A stretch of 64,000 bases of DNA from Macrostomum hystrix. Lineage: Eukaryota > Animalia > Platyhelminthes. The position numbers and the translations under genes are program-made. Positions within the stretch are counted from its first letter, which is position 1. Each line of letters starts with the position of its first letter. A model generated the notes under the pieces. The model did no database searches and was not told the origin of the DNA. It was given only the letters and a program-made list of their open reading frames with translations. Positions 12,100 through 24,400 of the stretch are shown here, piece after piece. Location of the stretch: contig CATNEN010000007.1 in the NCBI GenBank assembly GCA_950097015.1, positions 4,402,001 through 4,466,000 on the forward strand, in the 5' to 3' direction.

Positions 12100-12250
12100 T
12101 TATGTTCCTGTTTGCTTTGTTTTTCTCTGTTTGCTTTGCTTTTCTGTTTGCTTTTGTTTTTCTGTTTGCTTTTGTTTTTCTGTTTGCTTTTGTTTTCTGT
12201 TTGCTTTTGTTTTTCTGTTTGCTTTTGTTTTTCTGTTTGCTTTGTTTCCT
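12100..12250. repeat. 19-bp T-rich tandem repeat (TTTCTGTTTGCTTTTGTTT)
   Basis: Direct copies. Confidence 0.9.
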
Positions 12251-12289
12251 AATCAAACTTATAGGCCATTCAATTCAAATTGGGACTTC

Positions 12290-12492
12290 ATCCCAATGAA
12301 AAGAATAAACAGAATGGATTGCTAGTCCATCCCAATGGATAGAATAAAAAGATTGGATTGCTTTTCCAACCCAATGGATAGAATAAACAGAATGGATTGC
12401 TAGTCCATCCCAATGGATAGAATAAAAAGATTGGATTGCTTGTCCATCCCAATGGATAGAATAAACAGATTGGATTGCTAGTCCATCCCAAA
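12290..12492. repeat. 44-bp tandem repeat (..CATCCCAATGGATAGAATAAA..)
   Basis: 4-5 direct copies. Confidence 0.9.
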
Positions 12493-12714
12493 GGATCCCA
12501 GTTGATAGGCCGATTGTTTTTCGATGCTGTTTACATACGTATATACATATATATGCCTAAATAAACGCTACGCTTAATAAAACCAGCATGTTCTACATAC
12601 CAATAATAGCAAACAAATGCATAACTATTTGCGCGACATAACTCTTTCAAAATATTCTTTTCACTTAAATTAAAAGGAGCGTCAAGCACTACTAGCTGAA
12701 CTACTAGCAGCTGT

Positions 12715-12905
12715 TACGGACAAGCAACTTTTACGCAGTATTTGAGCCGGATAAGCAACTTTTAAGCACTTTTTGAGCCGCATGAGCAACTTTTAAGCAG
12801 TATTTGAGCCGGATAAGCAACTTTTAAGCACTTTTTGAGCCGCATGAGCAACTTTTACGCAGTATTTGAGCCGAATGCACAACTTTTAACCAGTACTTGA
12901 GCCTC
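12715..12905. repeat. 30-bp subterminal repeats (GAGCCGGATAAGCAACTTTTAAGCACTTTT)
   Basis: About 6 copies; the reverse complement resembles 4630-4700. Confidence 0.85.
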
Positions 12906-13349
12906 ATGGCCCACTTATTTGTACATTATCCATCCGGCCACGGCTGTCACGTGACTTTTTGCGGGAATCCACCAGTTGAGCCGCTTAACCATCATTTAAC
13001 CAACACTTTAGCCGCATTGACAACTTTTAAGCAACATTTGAGACGCCACAGCCATAATTGACCCGTTTTTAAGCCATCTATAACCCACATGACCAGCTGG
13101 GGTTTCCCTGCCACACCAACCCCAGTAATGTACGCACAACCATGCGCCAACCCCGGCCCCACGTACACCACCCCCCAACTGGCGGCTCAAGCGGCTCATA
13201 TGATCCGTTTTTAAGACGTTTTTGACCCGAAATCGCGGTCCGCGTTTGACATTTGGGGTTAAAAGTGGCTAAAGCGTCTCAACTCTTACCACTCTTAGCG
13301 GAGTTGAGACACTTTTGACCCACAACGGCGGCTCACTTTTTTCATCGGG

Positions 13350-15804
13350 CTATCCTGGCCTTTGAGGTAATTGCTCTGCTGTGATGTAGCTGTGATTTTA
13401 GCACTGCATTTAGTCTTGGCGGTCACTCCGATGCTCAAAAAATTTTCTCACTTTTGCCCAGGTGCACAACAGGTTTCCGGCGGTCATCCGACTTTGCGTG
13501 CACAAGGCGGAAGAGCAGCTTGTGTACTTCAACGAGCAGACCGCGGGCGCCAGAGCAAAGGTGCCACGAGACTCGACACTGACGGCCTTCTTCAAGCTGT
13601 GCCGCACTGACGAGTTTGCCCGCCTGCTGCTCTACACAGAGGTGCCCGGCTACTTCGTGTGGCACCCGAGTGCGAGAGAGTGGCGTCGAGCCAAGCAGGG
13701 CGCCAATGTCGAAGGACATCCCGGCGTGAAGCGCAACACCAACATTGCGCGGATGTACACGGTCAGTCCCAGGGCTGGTGACCTGTTCTACCTGCGGCTG
13801 TTGCTGCTGCATGTGCGAGGACCGACAAGCTTCGAGTCGCTGCAGACCGTGGCCGGCGTGCATTGTACCAGCGCCAAGGCCGCCTGCATGGCTCTCGGCT
13901 TGCTGCAGCACGATGATCACTGGCATCGCTGCATGATTGAGGCTGTCCAGAGCCGAATGCCGCGAGCTCTGAGGCACCTGCTGGCTGTCGCCCTCATCTG
14001 GGGCGAGCCAGACGACGGCGCTGATCTGTGGAGCAGCTTTGCAGAGGATCTCTGCGAAGACCTGCGCTTCCACCACCCGGACCTGAGCGCCGAGGAAGTC
14101 AGCGACCTGGCTCTGCGGGAGCTGCAGAGCATGCTGACGTCAATGGGTGGCCGCAGTCTGCAAGAGTACGGACTGCCTGCTGCCTCTGCAATGCCGCAAA
14201 TCGGGCCGCTGCAGTTTGACACGGTCGAACAGGCGGAGATCACCGAGATGCGCCTGCCAATGCTCACGGCCGAGCAGATGGCCACCTACGAGGCTGTGAC
14301 TGCGGATCTTGTCGCTGGCTCGGGCGGCCTGCATTTCCTTGACGCTCCGGCAGGCACTGGCAAGACCTTCCTGCTGGAGGTTTTGCTGGCGTTTGTGCGG
14401 AGTCGAGGGGAAGTCGCCCTGGCTGTTGCGTCGTCTGGAATCGCAGCCACCCTGCTGCCGGGTGGACAGACGGCACATTCAACGTGAGTTTTCTGGTGGA
14501 ACTCGAATGCCCTTTTCGTGTTCTACCCAGACCATTCAGCCCCCATTAATATTTTCGTTAGGTTCAAGATCCCAGTGCGGCTGGTTCGCTCTGACAAGGA
14601 CGTGTGTTCAATCCGAGCGCAGTCAAAACAGGCCGCAGTCTTTCGCACTGTACGGCTGATCGTCTGGGACGAGATCTCCATGACAAACCGCAAGGACCTG
14701 TAGGCTGTCGACCGCAGTCTGCGAGACCTGCGGAAGCAGGACTGCCCATTCGGCGGAATCGTCGTGGTGTGCTCTGGAGACTTTCGCCAGCTGCTGCCGG
14801 TGGTGAAAAATGGCACGCGCGCTAACAACATCCTGGCGTGTGTGAGCAAGTCCCCACTGTGGTCTTTGTTCCGGAGGCACCGCCTTTCCAAGAACATCCG
14901 ACTGCAGAGTTGTGCTGATGCTGAGCTGTACCATCGCTATATGCAGCTGCTCATGCAGGTAAGTTTTGCTATTGCTGCTTGTAGGAGTAGATCACCTGTG
15001 TAGCCTGCGATTCTCTTGCATTTTCCTGCCCATTCCACACAGATCGGCTCTGGGTTGGCTGATCAGTCGGATGACACCGTCCGCCTTCATGCCGAGATTG
15101 TCATTTCGGCGGAGGCGCCGCTATCCGAGCTGATCCTGTTCGTGTACCCTTCGTTCGAGGCGTCAGAGGAGCGCGATAGCTACTTTGCCAGCCGAGCCAT
15201 CCTGGCGCCCTACAACGATGCGGTTGACGCGATCAACAACGAGTGCCTGGCCATGTTCCCATGCCAACTGCGCGAGTATCGCTCGGTGGACAGCGTGGCT
15301 GACGAGGATGCGGCCACGCACTTTCCTCCGGAGCTGCTGAATCAGCTGGATACACCGAATTTCCATGCCCACCTTCTGAAGCTCAAGGTGGGCATGCCGC
15401 TGGTTCTGCTGCGGAATCTGAACCCGCCACGGCTGTGCAACGGCACCCGGCTGATCATCCTGGAGCTGGGCGAGAATGTGCTGCGCTGCAAAGTCGCTGC
15501 TGGCCAGTTCACTGGAGATTAAATCCTGCTGCCGCGGATTCCCCTACAGCCCAACAATGCTGACCTACCAGTCTGCTTCAAGCGGCTGCAGTTTCCGGTG
15601 AAGCCCAGCTTTTGCCTGACGATTCACAAGTCTCAGGGGCAGAGCCTGGAGACAGTCGGCATCGACCTGGCGGTTGGATGCTTTGCGCACGGCCAGTTAT
15701 ATACTGCGCTGTCTCGAGCGAAAAATGTAGCAAATGTCCGGGTCCGGTTGTCTGGAACCACGACCAGGAACGTTGTCTACCCAGAGGTGCTCACAGGAGA
15801 ATAA
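13350..15804 (+). pseudogene. Helitron RepHel, 5'-truncated (end of Rep domain + PIF1 helicase), spliced
   Basis: Exons 13350-13366, 13462-14483, 14562-14958, 15043-15804 with frame-preserving GT-AG introns. Motifs RMYTVSP..GDLFYLRLLL, LDAPAGTGKT, VWDEISM, GDFRQLLPV and HKSQGQSL. Premature stops at 14701 (TAG) and 15520 (TAA). Confidence 0.95.
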
Positions 15805-16554
15805 ATTCGGTTTGAATCTTAATGACATTTTTATTGCACGAAGGACCGAAAAGAACTTTTTGAATGCACCTCGTATTATTAAAGTCACATGGAGTCTCAG
15901 TAAAGTATTTTTGCCGGGAGGATTCACTGAGTAAATCCTACTATTTAAGGGTAGGTCGCTGCAAATCAGATTATGTGCTGACAGAGAGTCTGTGAACTGT
16001 ACATATCAGCTGCTTTATGTACTGCTGGAGGTTCCAAACTCTGATAAATGGGATTTGCAGCTGGCGAGCTCTGAAGCAACTATTATGCAGAGCTGGTGAA
16101 AGTGATTTTGTGTGTAATGGTGGCCGCATGAATGTCCCATTGCTTATATCCAATGCATGCAACTATCGCAGTGAAGCGAGTCAGGCAGTAGTCAGAATGA
16201 CTTGAGTTATCAGTGCCTCTGTTGCACCAGTCTCTGGCTACTGCTTGATGGTTTTACCTGCTTAATCGACAGTTCCTACTGCCCCATAACTGCTTTTTTA
16301 GTGCAATTATTACATGTTACTTTTTAAAAAAATATATAATTGATTATAGTGCAAGGTAGCTATAATAACATTTTATTTACAGTCTAAGCAAGTGCCTGAG
16401 ATAAAAGTACATTGATTAAATTAACCCACAAACTGAGTTAAGCGTACAATGAGACTATAGACCATTCAAATAGTGCCTATTCACTTCACGACTGGCTGTC
16501 TCTCCGTGCGTGTGGCGTGTCGCCATTGCGGCGGGGGGTTGAGGGCCAGTTTTA

Positions 16555-16715
16555 GCCGGCAGCCAATAGAAACGAGGGCGTTTAGTTGTAATTGGCTGTG
16601 CTGGTTTGGAATGGTAGAATAAGCAAAACGGAATATATCTGGAAAATTCCACAAACCAGTAAGCCCCTTAAAACCCGTGAGTCTAGCGCAGACATGCTGG
16701 ACTGGTATTTAAAGT
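16555..16715 (+). promoter_or_regulatory. CCAAT/TATA-like promoter of an RG-knuckle gene (duplicated at 30730-30895)
   Basis: GCCAATAG, reverse ATTGGC and TATTTAAAG upstream of ATG 16830. Confidence 0.4.
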
Positions 16716-16829
16716 TATAAGTTTCATACCCAATACCCAAGACTAGAGGGACAGAAGTTAAGCTCAGACGATAGACCCTTCGTATCAGACGAGACGATCA
16801 ACAACATATCAACATATCAACAACTATTG

Positions 16830-16965
16830 ATGCATTTCAACAACTATTTCACGAGCGGCGGGCCAGGGCGAGGCGGTCGACGTCGCACCGGACCCCGGGG
16901 CGGTCCATCCGCAGGATGCTATTTCTGCGGCCGACCGTATGAGGGCCACAGCCCAGGCCCTCCAG

Positions 16966-17001
<36 letters not shown>

Positions 17002-17080
17002 AACTTAGCAGCAGCAGTAGCCCGGATGGGCCTGGCGGCCGTTGTGCCGCCGCCTCCACCGCCGCCGCCGGCTGCCGCCA
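16830..17080 (+). pseudogene. RG-rich/CCHC-knuckle/polyQ gene, copy with a deleted knuckle
   Basis: MHFNNYFTSGGPGRGGRRRTGPRGGPSAGCYFCG, then a deletion relative to the 30945 copy that shifts the CAG tract out of frame. Confidence 0.7.
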
Positions 17081-17187
17081 TATTTTATATTTTATAAATA
17101 TTTTATTTATATTTTATAATATATAATGTGTCATAATTTATAATGTGATACATTGATTGTACAATCAATACATTGATTGATTAATTG

Positions 17188-17708
17188 ATTGGAAACAAGA
17201 ATTTATTGTCGTTTCTTATTTCTGCCGCTTTGTTTAAAGATTCGTTCAGATCGACATTACGTATAAGTAGTACTTGCTCTCCTCCGTGTCTAGATTTAAT
17301 TCGGTTTAAGAGACCTCTTGAGACAACTCAATGAGAATTATTGTACGTTGTTTTCAAGGCGAAATTTTAACAGAGAAATTCAATAGGAGAAAGCATTAAA
17401 ACTGTACTGTTGAGCACTGCAAGTTTAGTGTGTGTTGCTTCTCGGTCTGATGTATCACTCTTTTTTTTTATCGTAAGTCCAAGCTGTAGTCTTCTGTAGT
17501 AGTCTAGCAGTTTATTCGCAGTGTCGATGGCATGAAGGCAATAACTAAGTATGACTATCAACTCTTTCAAGTAAGGCAATGATCTATAACTATTCTAGAT
17601 CGGAAACTACTGCGATCAGAGTTTAAGTCAGGAACTAACGTGGAAAACAATGTCTTATGGATTAAAGTGCAATACTAACGGGGCTCGAGTCTTAGCTCTC
17701 GAGTCTTC
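17188..17708. repeat. Segmental duplicate of 35021-35537
   Basis: Near-identical ~520-bp block. Confidence 0.95.
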
Positions 17709-18028
17709 CATTTGGCCTGACTTTTCGCCAAACGTAAGCCGACTGAATACCCTGCGGCCGGACCAGTCCGAAGGAAAGGGATTACAGCCATTGCAAAATT
17801 GGTTTTGAATTGAATTGCAGTTCAGTAAACGTGATTCAGCAGTCTGACCAAATTTTTCAACCAATCAGAATTAGGTGACACAAATCGACCCTGTTAGTGC
17901 CAGTGAATATAATTCACAACGCAGGCTTTCATACGGGAACTCTTAACTACTCAGCTAGACTCAACGTAAGTTTAACTTACCTTATTTACATTTGTACTTT
18001 GATATTGTCGCTAATTTTTCCTTCTCTC

Positions 18029-18217
18029 TCACTTACCATGGCTTCCTACAACGGCAACAACGAGCACAAGCGGCACTTGGCCTGGTCCTCTTTTGCCTTC
18101 GAAGTCCGTGATTTTGGACAGCCTCATTACCAGGCCAACGATCGCAGCGTGCATCAGGCCCGGAAGCAGAGCAGAGATACACACTTTGCTTTTCTTGGCT
18201 CCTTCAGATGACTCCAT
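18029..18217 (-). pseudogene. RPA70-like OB-fold gene, N-terminal exon/fragment
   Basis: MESSEGAKKSKVCISALLPGL....VGLV..L..I.DF..K.GPGQV is clearly paralogous to the 37037 RPA-like ORF. Confidence 0.7.
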
Positions 18218-19069
18218 ATTGCTCAATTGTTGATTGTCAAAAATATAGATTATAAATTTCACTGATAAGGCTTGTGGTTTGATAGTTTCAGCACCAAGGC
18301 CAATTGTGCAAGTTTTTATTGCAGCATTTCGGACAACCCTAACTCTGATGACTCATACCAATTGCATGATTCGGTGCTAATTGAGAATACCATCAATAAA
18401 AGATCAATAATAAGATCTGGCTAACCAATCAGAGAGAGTTTTGTTCTGAAATTTTCTAATCCACCCACTGGGCTACTTGTTGTGGATTGGCTGGTGATTG
18501 TCTTAGCTTTTACATTGTTATTTTATGTACAGTGTGGGGTGTCAGAGTCGATTATGGTGCGACTTGTTATGCAATCTGTTTTCGACACTTTAATAATAGG
18601 ACACCAGAACAATCTTATATGTACAGTGTAATTGGGGCGCCAGTGCAGTGTGTGGCTAATGTTTCAAGAGGGTTTCAAGTCAGCCAATAGCAGTTAGCTG
18701 CATTCAATTAAAGTGCTTTCATTAAAGTGCCCGTGCCAGTCCCAACCAAGTGAGACGGTTCAGTCATCACCAACAGCTAAAGCCACATGAAGCTCACCAA
18801 TGAAGCCTCACCCGATTTTAACTGGGGTTGGGGTGGCCCTAAGCTGGAATTCCTTTTTGACCAATAAGAAACGGGCTTTAATAAAAACGAAATAAGTTTC
18901 GTTTGGTTTGCAAGGCTTTCAAACCAATCTAGCTAATCCTTGCTTCGCATGAGTGAGCGTATATAAACCAGAGCCTAAAATCTACTCTTCAATCATCCAA
19001 GCACTTGAACTTGAAAGCATCAAACAGTTTACGCTGTCAAAGTTTACAATCAATCTACAATTTATCATC

Positions 19070-19318
19070 ATGAAGTTTACACAGAACGTATCCTCCGGCG
19101 GCGACAGGCGGCGAGGCCGAGGTGGAGGCCAGCGCAGACCTAGTATGTCCTATTTCTAAGTCTCATTATTGTAGTTACGTCTTTTGAAACCACCTGTTAA
19201 GTAAAATTGCACTTTCCAAACTTAAGTGGCCTGTTATCTCTGTGCGGGTCCTCACCCTGTGGCCCGCTGTCCTGTTGTCGCCGGAGTGCGGCAGCAGCAG
19301 CAGCACTACCAGCCTAAT

Positions 19319-19358
<40 letters not shown>

Positions 19359-19408
19359 TGCAGCCTCGGGTTCTTGACCCCCGGCCCGCGTGGGGGCGTG
19401 GAGTGTAA
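19070..19408 (+). CDS. 84-aa RG-rich / CX2CX3HX4C zinc-knuckle / polyQ protein (2 exons)
   Basis: Exon 1 19070-19142, phase-1 GT-AG intron, exon 2 19227-19408; gives MKFTQNVSSGGDRRRGRGGGQRRPMACYLCAGPHPVARCPVV..Qn..RGV*. Confidence 0.75.
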
Positions 19409-19440
19409 AAACATTGTAAAAACAATGTTGTATAAACATC

Positions 19441-20368
19441 TGTTGTGAGCTGCGTCTCATAACGACCTTGCCCCGGCCCCTGCGTCTCCAGCCCTCACCC
19501 CAGCGCGCTCAATCCGGTTCTGCCCGGCCCGCTTAGGCCACCCTCCGTTGGCGTGGTTGTCGTTGTCATTCGCCCATTGGCTGTCCCCTGTGTGCCGTCC
19601 TCGGCTAGTCCAATCAGGCCTCTCGCCAAGGAGGCTTCTGATTGAGCCGCCGGTCTCCTTCTCCCTCTCTCTCGGCTGCAGCCGACCCCAGCCCATGCCC
19701 TGTTTTGCTACCACCCCCAGCCCCTGCGTGGCTTAGCCCTACCCCGTCCAGCCCCTATGCCCCTCGCCCCCACCCCACGCGGTTATTTATTTGCGCGCTG
19801 CTGCCCGTGGCCAGCCCGCGCGCAGCTCGGCCCAAGAGTACTGCCTTTGAGAACGCTGTCTTGAATTAGGAGCAATAGCTTAAATAGGAGGTTAGGCGCG
19901 AACGATTGTTATAGAATACATTACGCAGCCTGAGGACACTTCGATGATATGAGTTCAGCGTTCAACCCCTCCCGGTAAGAAAAGCATTCACGCCGTTATT
20001 TATTTTCTTATTATCGACTCTTGTTCCTCTGCCCAACCTCGGCTGCTGCCAAAAACTCACCCATCATCTTCTCCTCCAGAGTCTTCCTCGAGGTCTGCGA
20101 AGTGTCGGTACGCTTCCAGACCATCATCTACCTCTCTCTTGGGCTGTCGAGTGGCTACCCGCTCGCAGTCAAAACCTTCAGTCAGGGCTTAGCGGAAGTG
20201 TCGGTACGCTCCAAGTCCACCCCGTCTCCTCCTCGGAGTGTCTGGACGGCCTCGAGGGTTCGCTGCTTCCCCCCCCTCTTACCCCCGGCAAGCTTTGGGC
20301 GGTCCGGCTACCAGAACCCCCCACTACCGCGTCTGGCGAACTGCCGACAATACGAAAGAATTACAACA
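19441..20368 (+). repeat. 5' LTR (928 bp)
   Basis: TGTTGTGAGC...TTACAACA; matches 29084-29989. Confidence 0.97.
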
Positions 20369-20369
20369 T

Positions 20370-20387
20370 TGGCGCCCGAACGGGGAC
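20370..20387 (+). promoter_or_regulatory. Primer-binding site for tRNA-Lys(UUU)
   Basis: TGGCGCCCGAACGGGGAC; 17/18 identical to the classical tRNA-Lys3 PBS TGGCGCCCGAACAGGGAC. Confidence 0.85.
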
Positions 20388-20415
20388 CGACTTAAACTTA
20401 GGCTTGGCAAACTTC

Positions 20416-21454
20416 ATGGCGAATGTAGACGAGGTTGATCGGATTGCTGGCAGAGCGGCTGCGTGCCGATGGACCAGCTCAGAATCCGAGACTGCCGAAG
20501 CCAGTAAAGTACACGCCGAATTTGAACTTCCGACTATGGCTGCGATCCTTCAATGCGTACTGCGACTCGGCTGGGATCGATGAAGCACATCGACGGGATC
20601 ACCTTCTAAGCATGCTCGATCTGTCTACCGCGTACGCCGCTGTCGATAATCTGAACCTGCCTGGTCCCGGCCGACGGACAATCCGCTGACCTACGAGGAG
20701 TTTACTGACCGACTGACAGCTCGCTTCTCGCGCTACCGGACCGACCAAGACAGCAAGGTCGAGCTGAAGACCCGGGACCAGAAGGATGGCGAATCGCTGG
20801 AGTCCTACGCGGACGCCCTGCTGGAATTAGTGCGCTGCGCCTACCGACGGCCACCGCCGAGCTACAGGACGGACCTCGCCAAGGACCGCTTCATGCAAGG
20901 GGTGAGGCTCTCGGACCCTCAGCATGAGAAACTGTACCTGGAGCAGCCTAATGACCTCGTAGAGGCGCAACGGGTGGTCCGACAACTCGAGGCGGCCTCC
21001 AAGGCAGCGAAAGGACCGCGGCCAGCCGGAGCGATTGGAGGTGGGCACCGAGGAGTCTTTGTTGTCAGCGACGCCAATAGTTCAGCGCACCAAACTGGCG
21101 GAGCCTGCTACAGAGATCGCGACAAGGACAAAGAGCTGGAGGAACTTCGGAATCAGCTGAAGCAGCTTCAAGGCAAAGTAGTGCCAACTGGAATCGCAAA
21201 GGAGCACGCCAAACCTAGAGACATCATACCGACCTACGGCGCAATCATTGGAACCTACTCAAAAGGGGACAGCTGGAGCTGGCAGCGGCCGGGAGCAGCA
21301 GCGCAACGTCCATGAGCCAGCGCCGAGCACCGGGATCCGCTGCTTCCTCTGCAAGCGCCCAGGACACATTGCTGCCAACTGCCCAAGCCGAGGACAGTCG
21401 GGAAACGCCAAGTGGGACTTCCGCAGGGGCCAGGATGTCCCACCACGCCAGTAG
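20416..21454 (+). CDS. gag: Gypsy gag (frameshifted)
   Basis: LWLRSFNAYC...; KDRFMQGV; zinc knuckle CFLCKRPGHIAANC; several 1-bp frameshifts. Confidence 0.85.
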
Positions 21455-21499
21455 CAGCCCCGCAATGTGGACAAGCAGCTTCTGAACACTATCCGTCAT

Positions 21500-24400
21500 C
21501 AAAACAACAAAGAAGCTGCCGACCGAGAGTAGAACCACCTGCGAGAATATTCCATCCTGTATCTGTCTACGTGTCTGTCAAGATTGCTGAAAAAGAACTA
21601 CCGGGTCTACTGGATTCCGGTTCTGTGATGTCCTTAATCAATGAGAAGACCTGGCTACAATTGAACAAGTCGGTAAAATTAGAGCTCAGCCCGCTGGACA
21701 CCGACCTTGTCTCTGCTAATGGGACACCAATGAAAGTTCTGGGATGCGTCTCGCTGCCTCTACAGATGGGTCATGAGGTGCTGCACACTCCCATAGCTGT
21801 TGTCCAAGGAGTCGGTTACGAGCTGCTGCTGGGCACCGACTTTCTGCGTCGCCATGGATGCCTAATTAACTTCGCCGAAGGAGTCTTCATCGTCAATGGC
21901 TCAAAAATTCCGATTCGCGAGACCAAACACAAACCCGTGGTGTGTCGGCTGTATCTAAACGAGAATATCGTCATACCGGCTAACCACGAGATGACGGTCT
22001 CAGCCAAGATTCGCAGACGGCTACTCAGAATTCGGGAGTGCTAGGATTAGCTGAACCCGACAATCGAACGAGAAGCGAAGAACAGCCTCTGATGGCCAGA
22101 AGCATGTGCATAATTCAAGCTGGCAACACCCTGCCGGTGCGCTTCGCTAACGTCACCGACACGGAACTGCGTCTGCCCAAGGGCTCTACCATCGGCTGGT
22201 TCCGTCCGGCAGAACCGACTCAAGAGGTGCTGGCTGTCAGCGTTGATGAAGGAGTTCCAGTCGCAGAAGCTAAAGTTAAAAGTAGCGACCGATGGGATCC
22301 GGAAGCAGCACTGAACGAGCACGGATCCAAGCACTTAACTGACGTCGACCAAGTCCAGATTCCTAAAGCTCGTTAGCGAATTCTCTGATGTCTTTGTGGA
22401 GAGCACGCGCAGCTTCGCACAACCGAAGTAGTTCAACACGAAATCGAAACGAAAGGAGACCCCGTCAAACAAGGCTCCAAGGACGGCTCCCACCCCACTG
22501 GCGAGGGGAGGTGGATCGGCAGATCGACGAACTGCTTGCGACGGACAAGATCGAACCGACACAGTCACCATGGAGTTCACCCATCGTGTGCGTCAGAAAG
22601 AAGGATGGTGAACTCCGCCTGTGTGTTGACTACCGAGAATTAAACGATCGTACAGTCAAGGATGCGATTGCCATTCCGCGCGTTGACGACGCTCTAGAAG
22701 CACTGAAGGGCGCTGTGGTATTCTCGACGCTAGACCTTTTTTCTGGCTACTGGCAGGTCGCAGTTAAGAAAGAAGACCAACACAAGACAGCATTCGTCAT
22801 TCCGCACCGAGGTCAGTTCGCTTTTAAGGTTCTTCCATTTGGCCTGACTAATGCACCGGCAACATTCACCAGACTGATGAGCATGGTGCTGCACGACTTC
22901 CTCTGGAAAACAGCGCTAGTGTACATCGACGACATCATAATCTGGTCGAGGACAGTCGACGAGCACTTCAACCACCTGGAGGCAGTCCTGCATCGACTAA
23001 GAGCAGCCAATTTAAAGCTGAAGCCATCTAAGTGTAGATTTTTGGCAGATCAAGTTAAATTCTTGGGACACGTAGTGTCAGCGGCGGGTATCAACACCGA
23101 CCCAGAAAAAATTGAGGAAGTAGAGAAATGGAGCACGCCAAGAAACATCAAGGAGCTCCAATCCTTCCTAGGCCTCGCTGGCTACTACAGGAACTTCATA
23201 CCGCAATTCTCGTTGATCGCAGCACCACTGTTCGACCTCACAAAAAAGGACAAAATGTTCATCTGGGGCCAGGAGCACGATGGAGCATTCGAGCGTCTAA
23301 AGAGCGAGCTTGTCGGATGTCGCGTCATGGCCTACCCAAACTTCGACGCCGATGCTGGAGAGTTCATTTTGGATACGGATGGAAGCACCCGTCAAGGGCT
23401 TGGCGCTGTCCTGTCTCAAGTGCAGAAGGACGGTACCGAACGAGTTATCGCCTATGGCAGCCGACGTTTGCACGGTGCTGAGTTTAACTACTGTACTACT
23501 CGCATAGAGCTGCTCGCACTAGTGACTTTCGTAGAAAAGTTCCGGTATTACCTCCTAGGCCGACGATTTCGCGTCAGAACCGACCACTCCAGCCTACAAT
23601 GGATTAGAACTATGAAGCAACCTGAAGGGCAGCTAGCTCGATGGATGGAGAGACTGGCGCCATTCGACTTCTCAGTGGAACACCGAGCAGGAGCCCGCCA
23701 TCAGAATGCCGACTCATTGTCACGCAAACCGACGCGGAAGCATCAGGAGATAGAAAGCTGCCCATCGTGCAAGCCGCCAAAACCGCTAGAAGTTCGGGCC
23801 ACTACCCTGTTGGGAGTCGTTAACAAGGAGGATCTCGAAGCAGCGCAACAGGCAGACGACGATATCGAGCCGGTACTCAGCGCTTTCCGGAGAGGAATTG
23901 TACCGGACCAGGTGCCGCAAGGGACCTCACCGAAAACTAGAGCCATCTGGGCACAAAAGTCTCAGTTGGAGCTGCGAGACGGCGTGCTCGTCATGCGAGA
24001 ACTCGGTCGACATCCCGCACGACCAGTACTGCCGAAAAGTCTAGCCGTCGAAGTTCTGAAAGCACTGCACGCTGGACCTGAAGGAGGACACTTTGGGACT
24101 GCCAAGACCTTAGATAAGATCAAGAGTCGGTTTTGGAAGCCCGGACTCAAGAGAGAATTCGAGGAGTACATTCGTCGATGCGACGACTGTAATCGAAGCA
24201 AGCCGCGGATGCGTCGAAAAGCTCCCCTAACACCGATTCCGAGCAGCCAGGTATTCGAGAAGGTCATGGTAGACGTAGTTGGACCGCTCCCGACAAGCAG
24301 AAGAGGCAAAAAGTACATCCTGACGATGCAAGATGCCTACAGTAAATGGCCTGTCGCGATTCCAATCCCGGATCAGTTGGCTAGCACCTGCGCGAAAGCG

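Larger units (their letters stand above)
4494..13349 (+). mobile_element. CMC/EnSpm-like DNA transposon (internally deleted, about 8.86 kb)
   Basis: Imperfect terminal inverted repeats (TIRs): CCCGATGAATTTTGATAGCCGCCGTGGTGGGT at 4494 versus the reverse complement at 13349, CCCGATGAAAAAAGTGAGCCGCCGTTGTGGGT. Related subterminal repeats lie inverted at both ends (AAAAGTTGCTT and GGCTCAA motifs). Contains an EnSpm-type transposase C-terminal motif. No TSD found. Confidence 0.65.

Noticed and set aside
11279-12325. Long hydrophobic (LLIAYC)n ORFs resembling membrane proteins
   Set aside because: Artefact of the TATTGC satellite.
16455-16652. 65-aa ORF identical at 30632-30829
   Set aside because: Identity reflects the recent segmental duplication; it overlaps the CCAAT promoter and has no protein-like features.
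17367-17579. 70-aa minus-strand ORF repeated at 35226-35408
   Set aside because: Lies in a near-identical duplicated AT-rich block; no domain or splice evidence.
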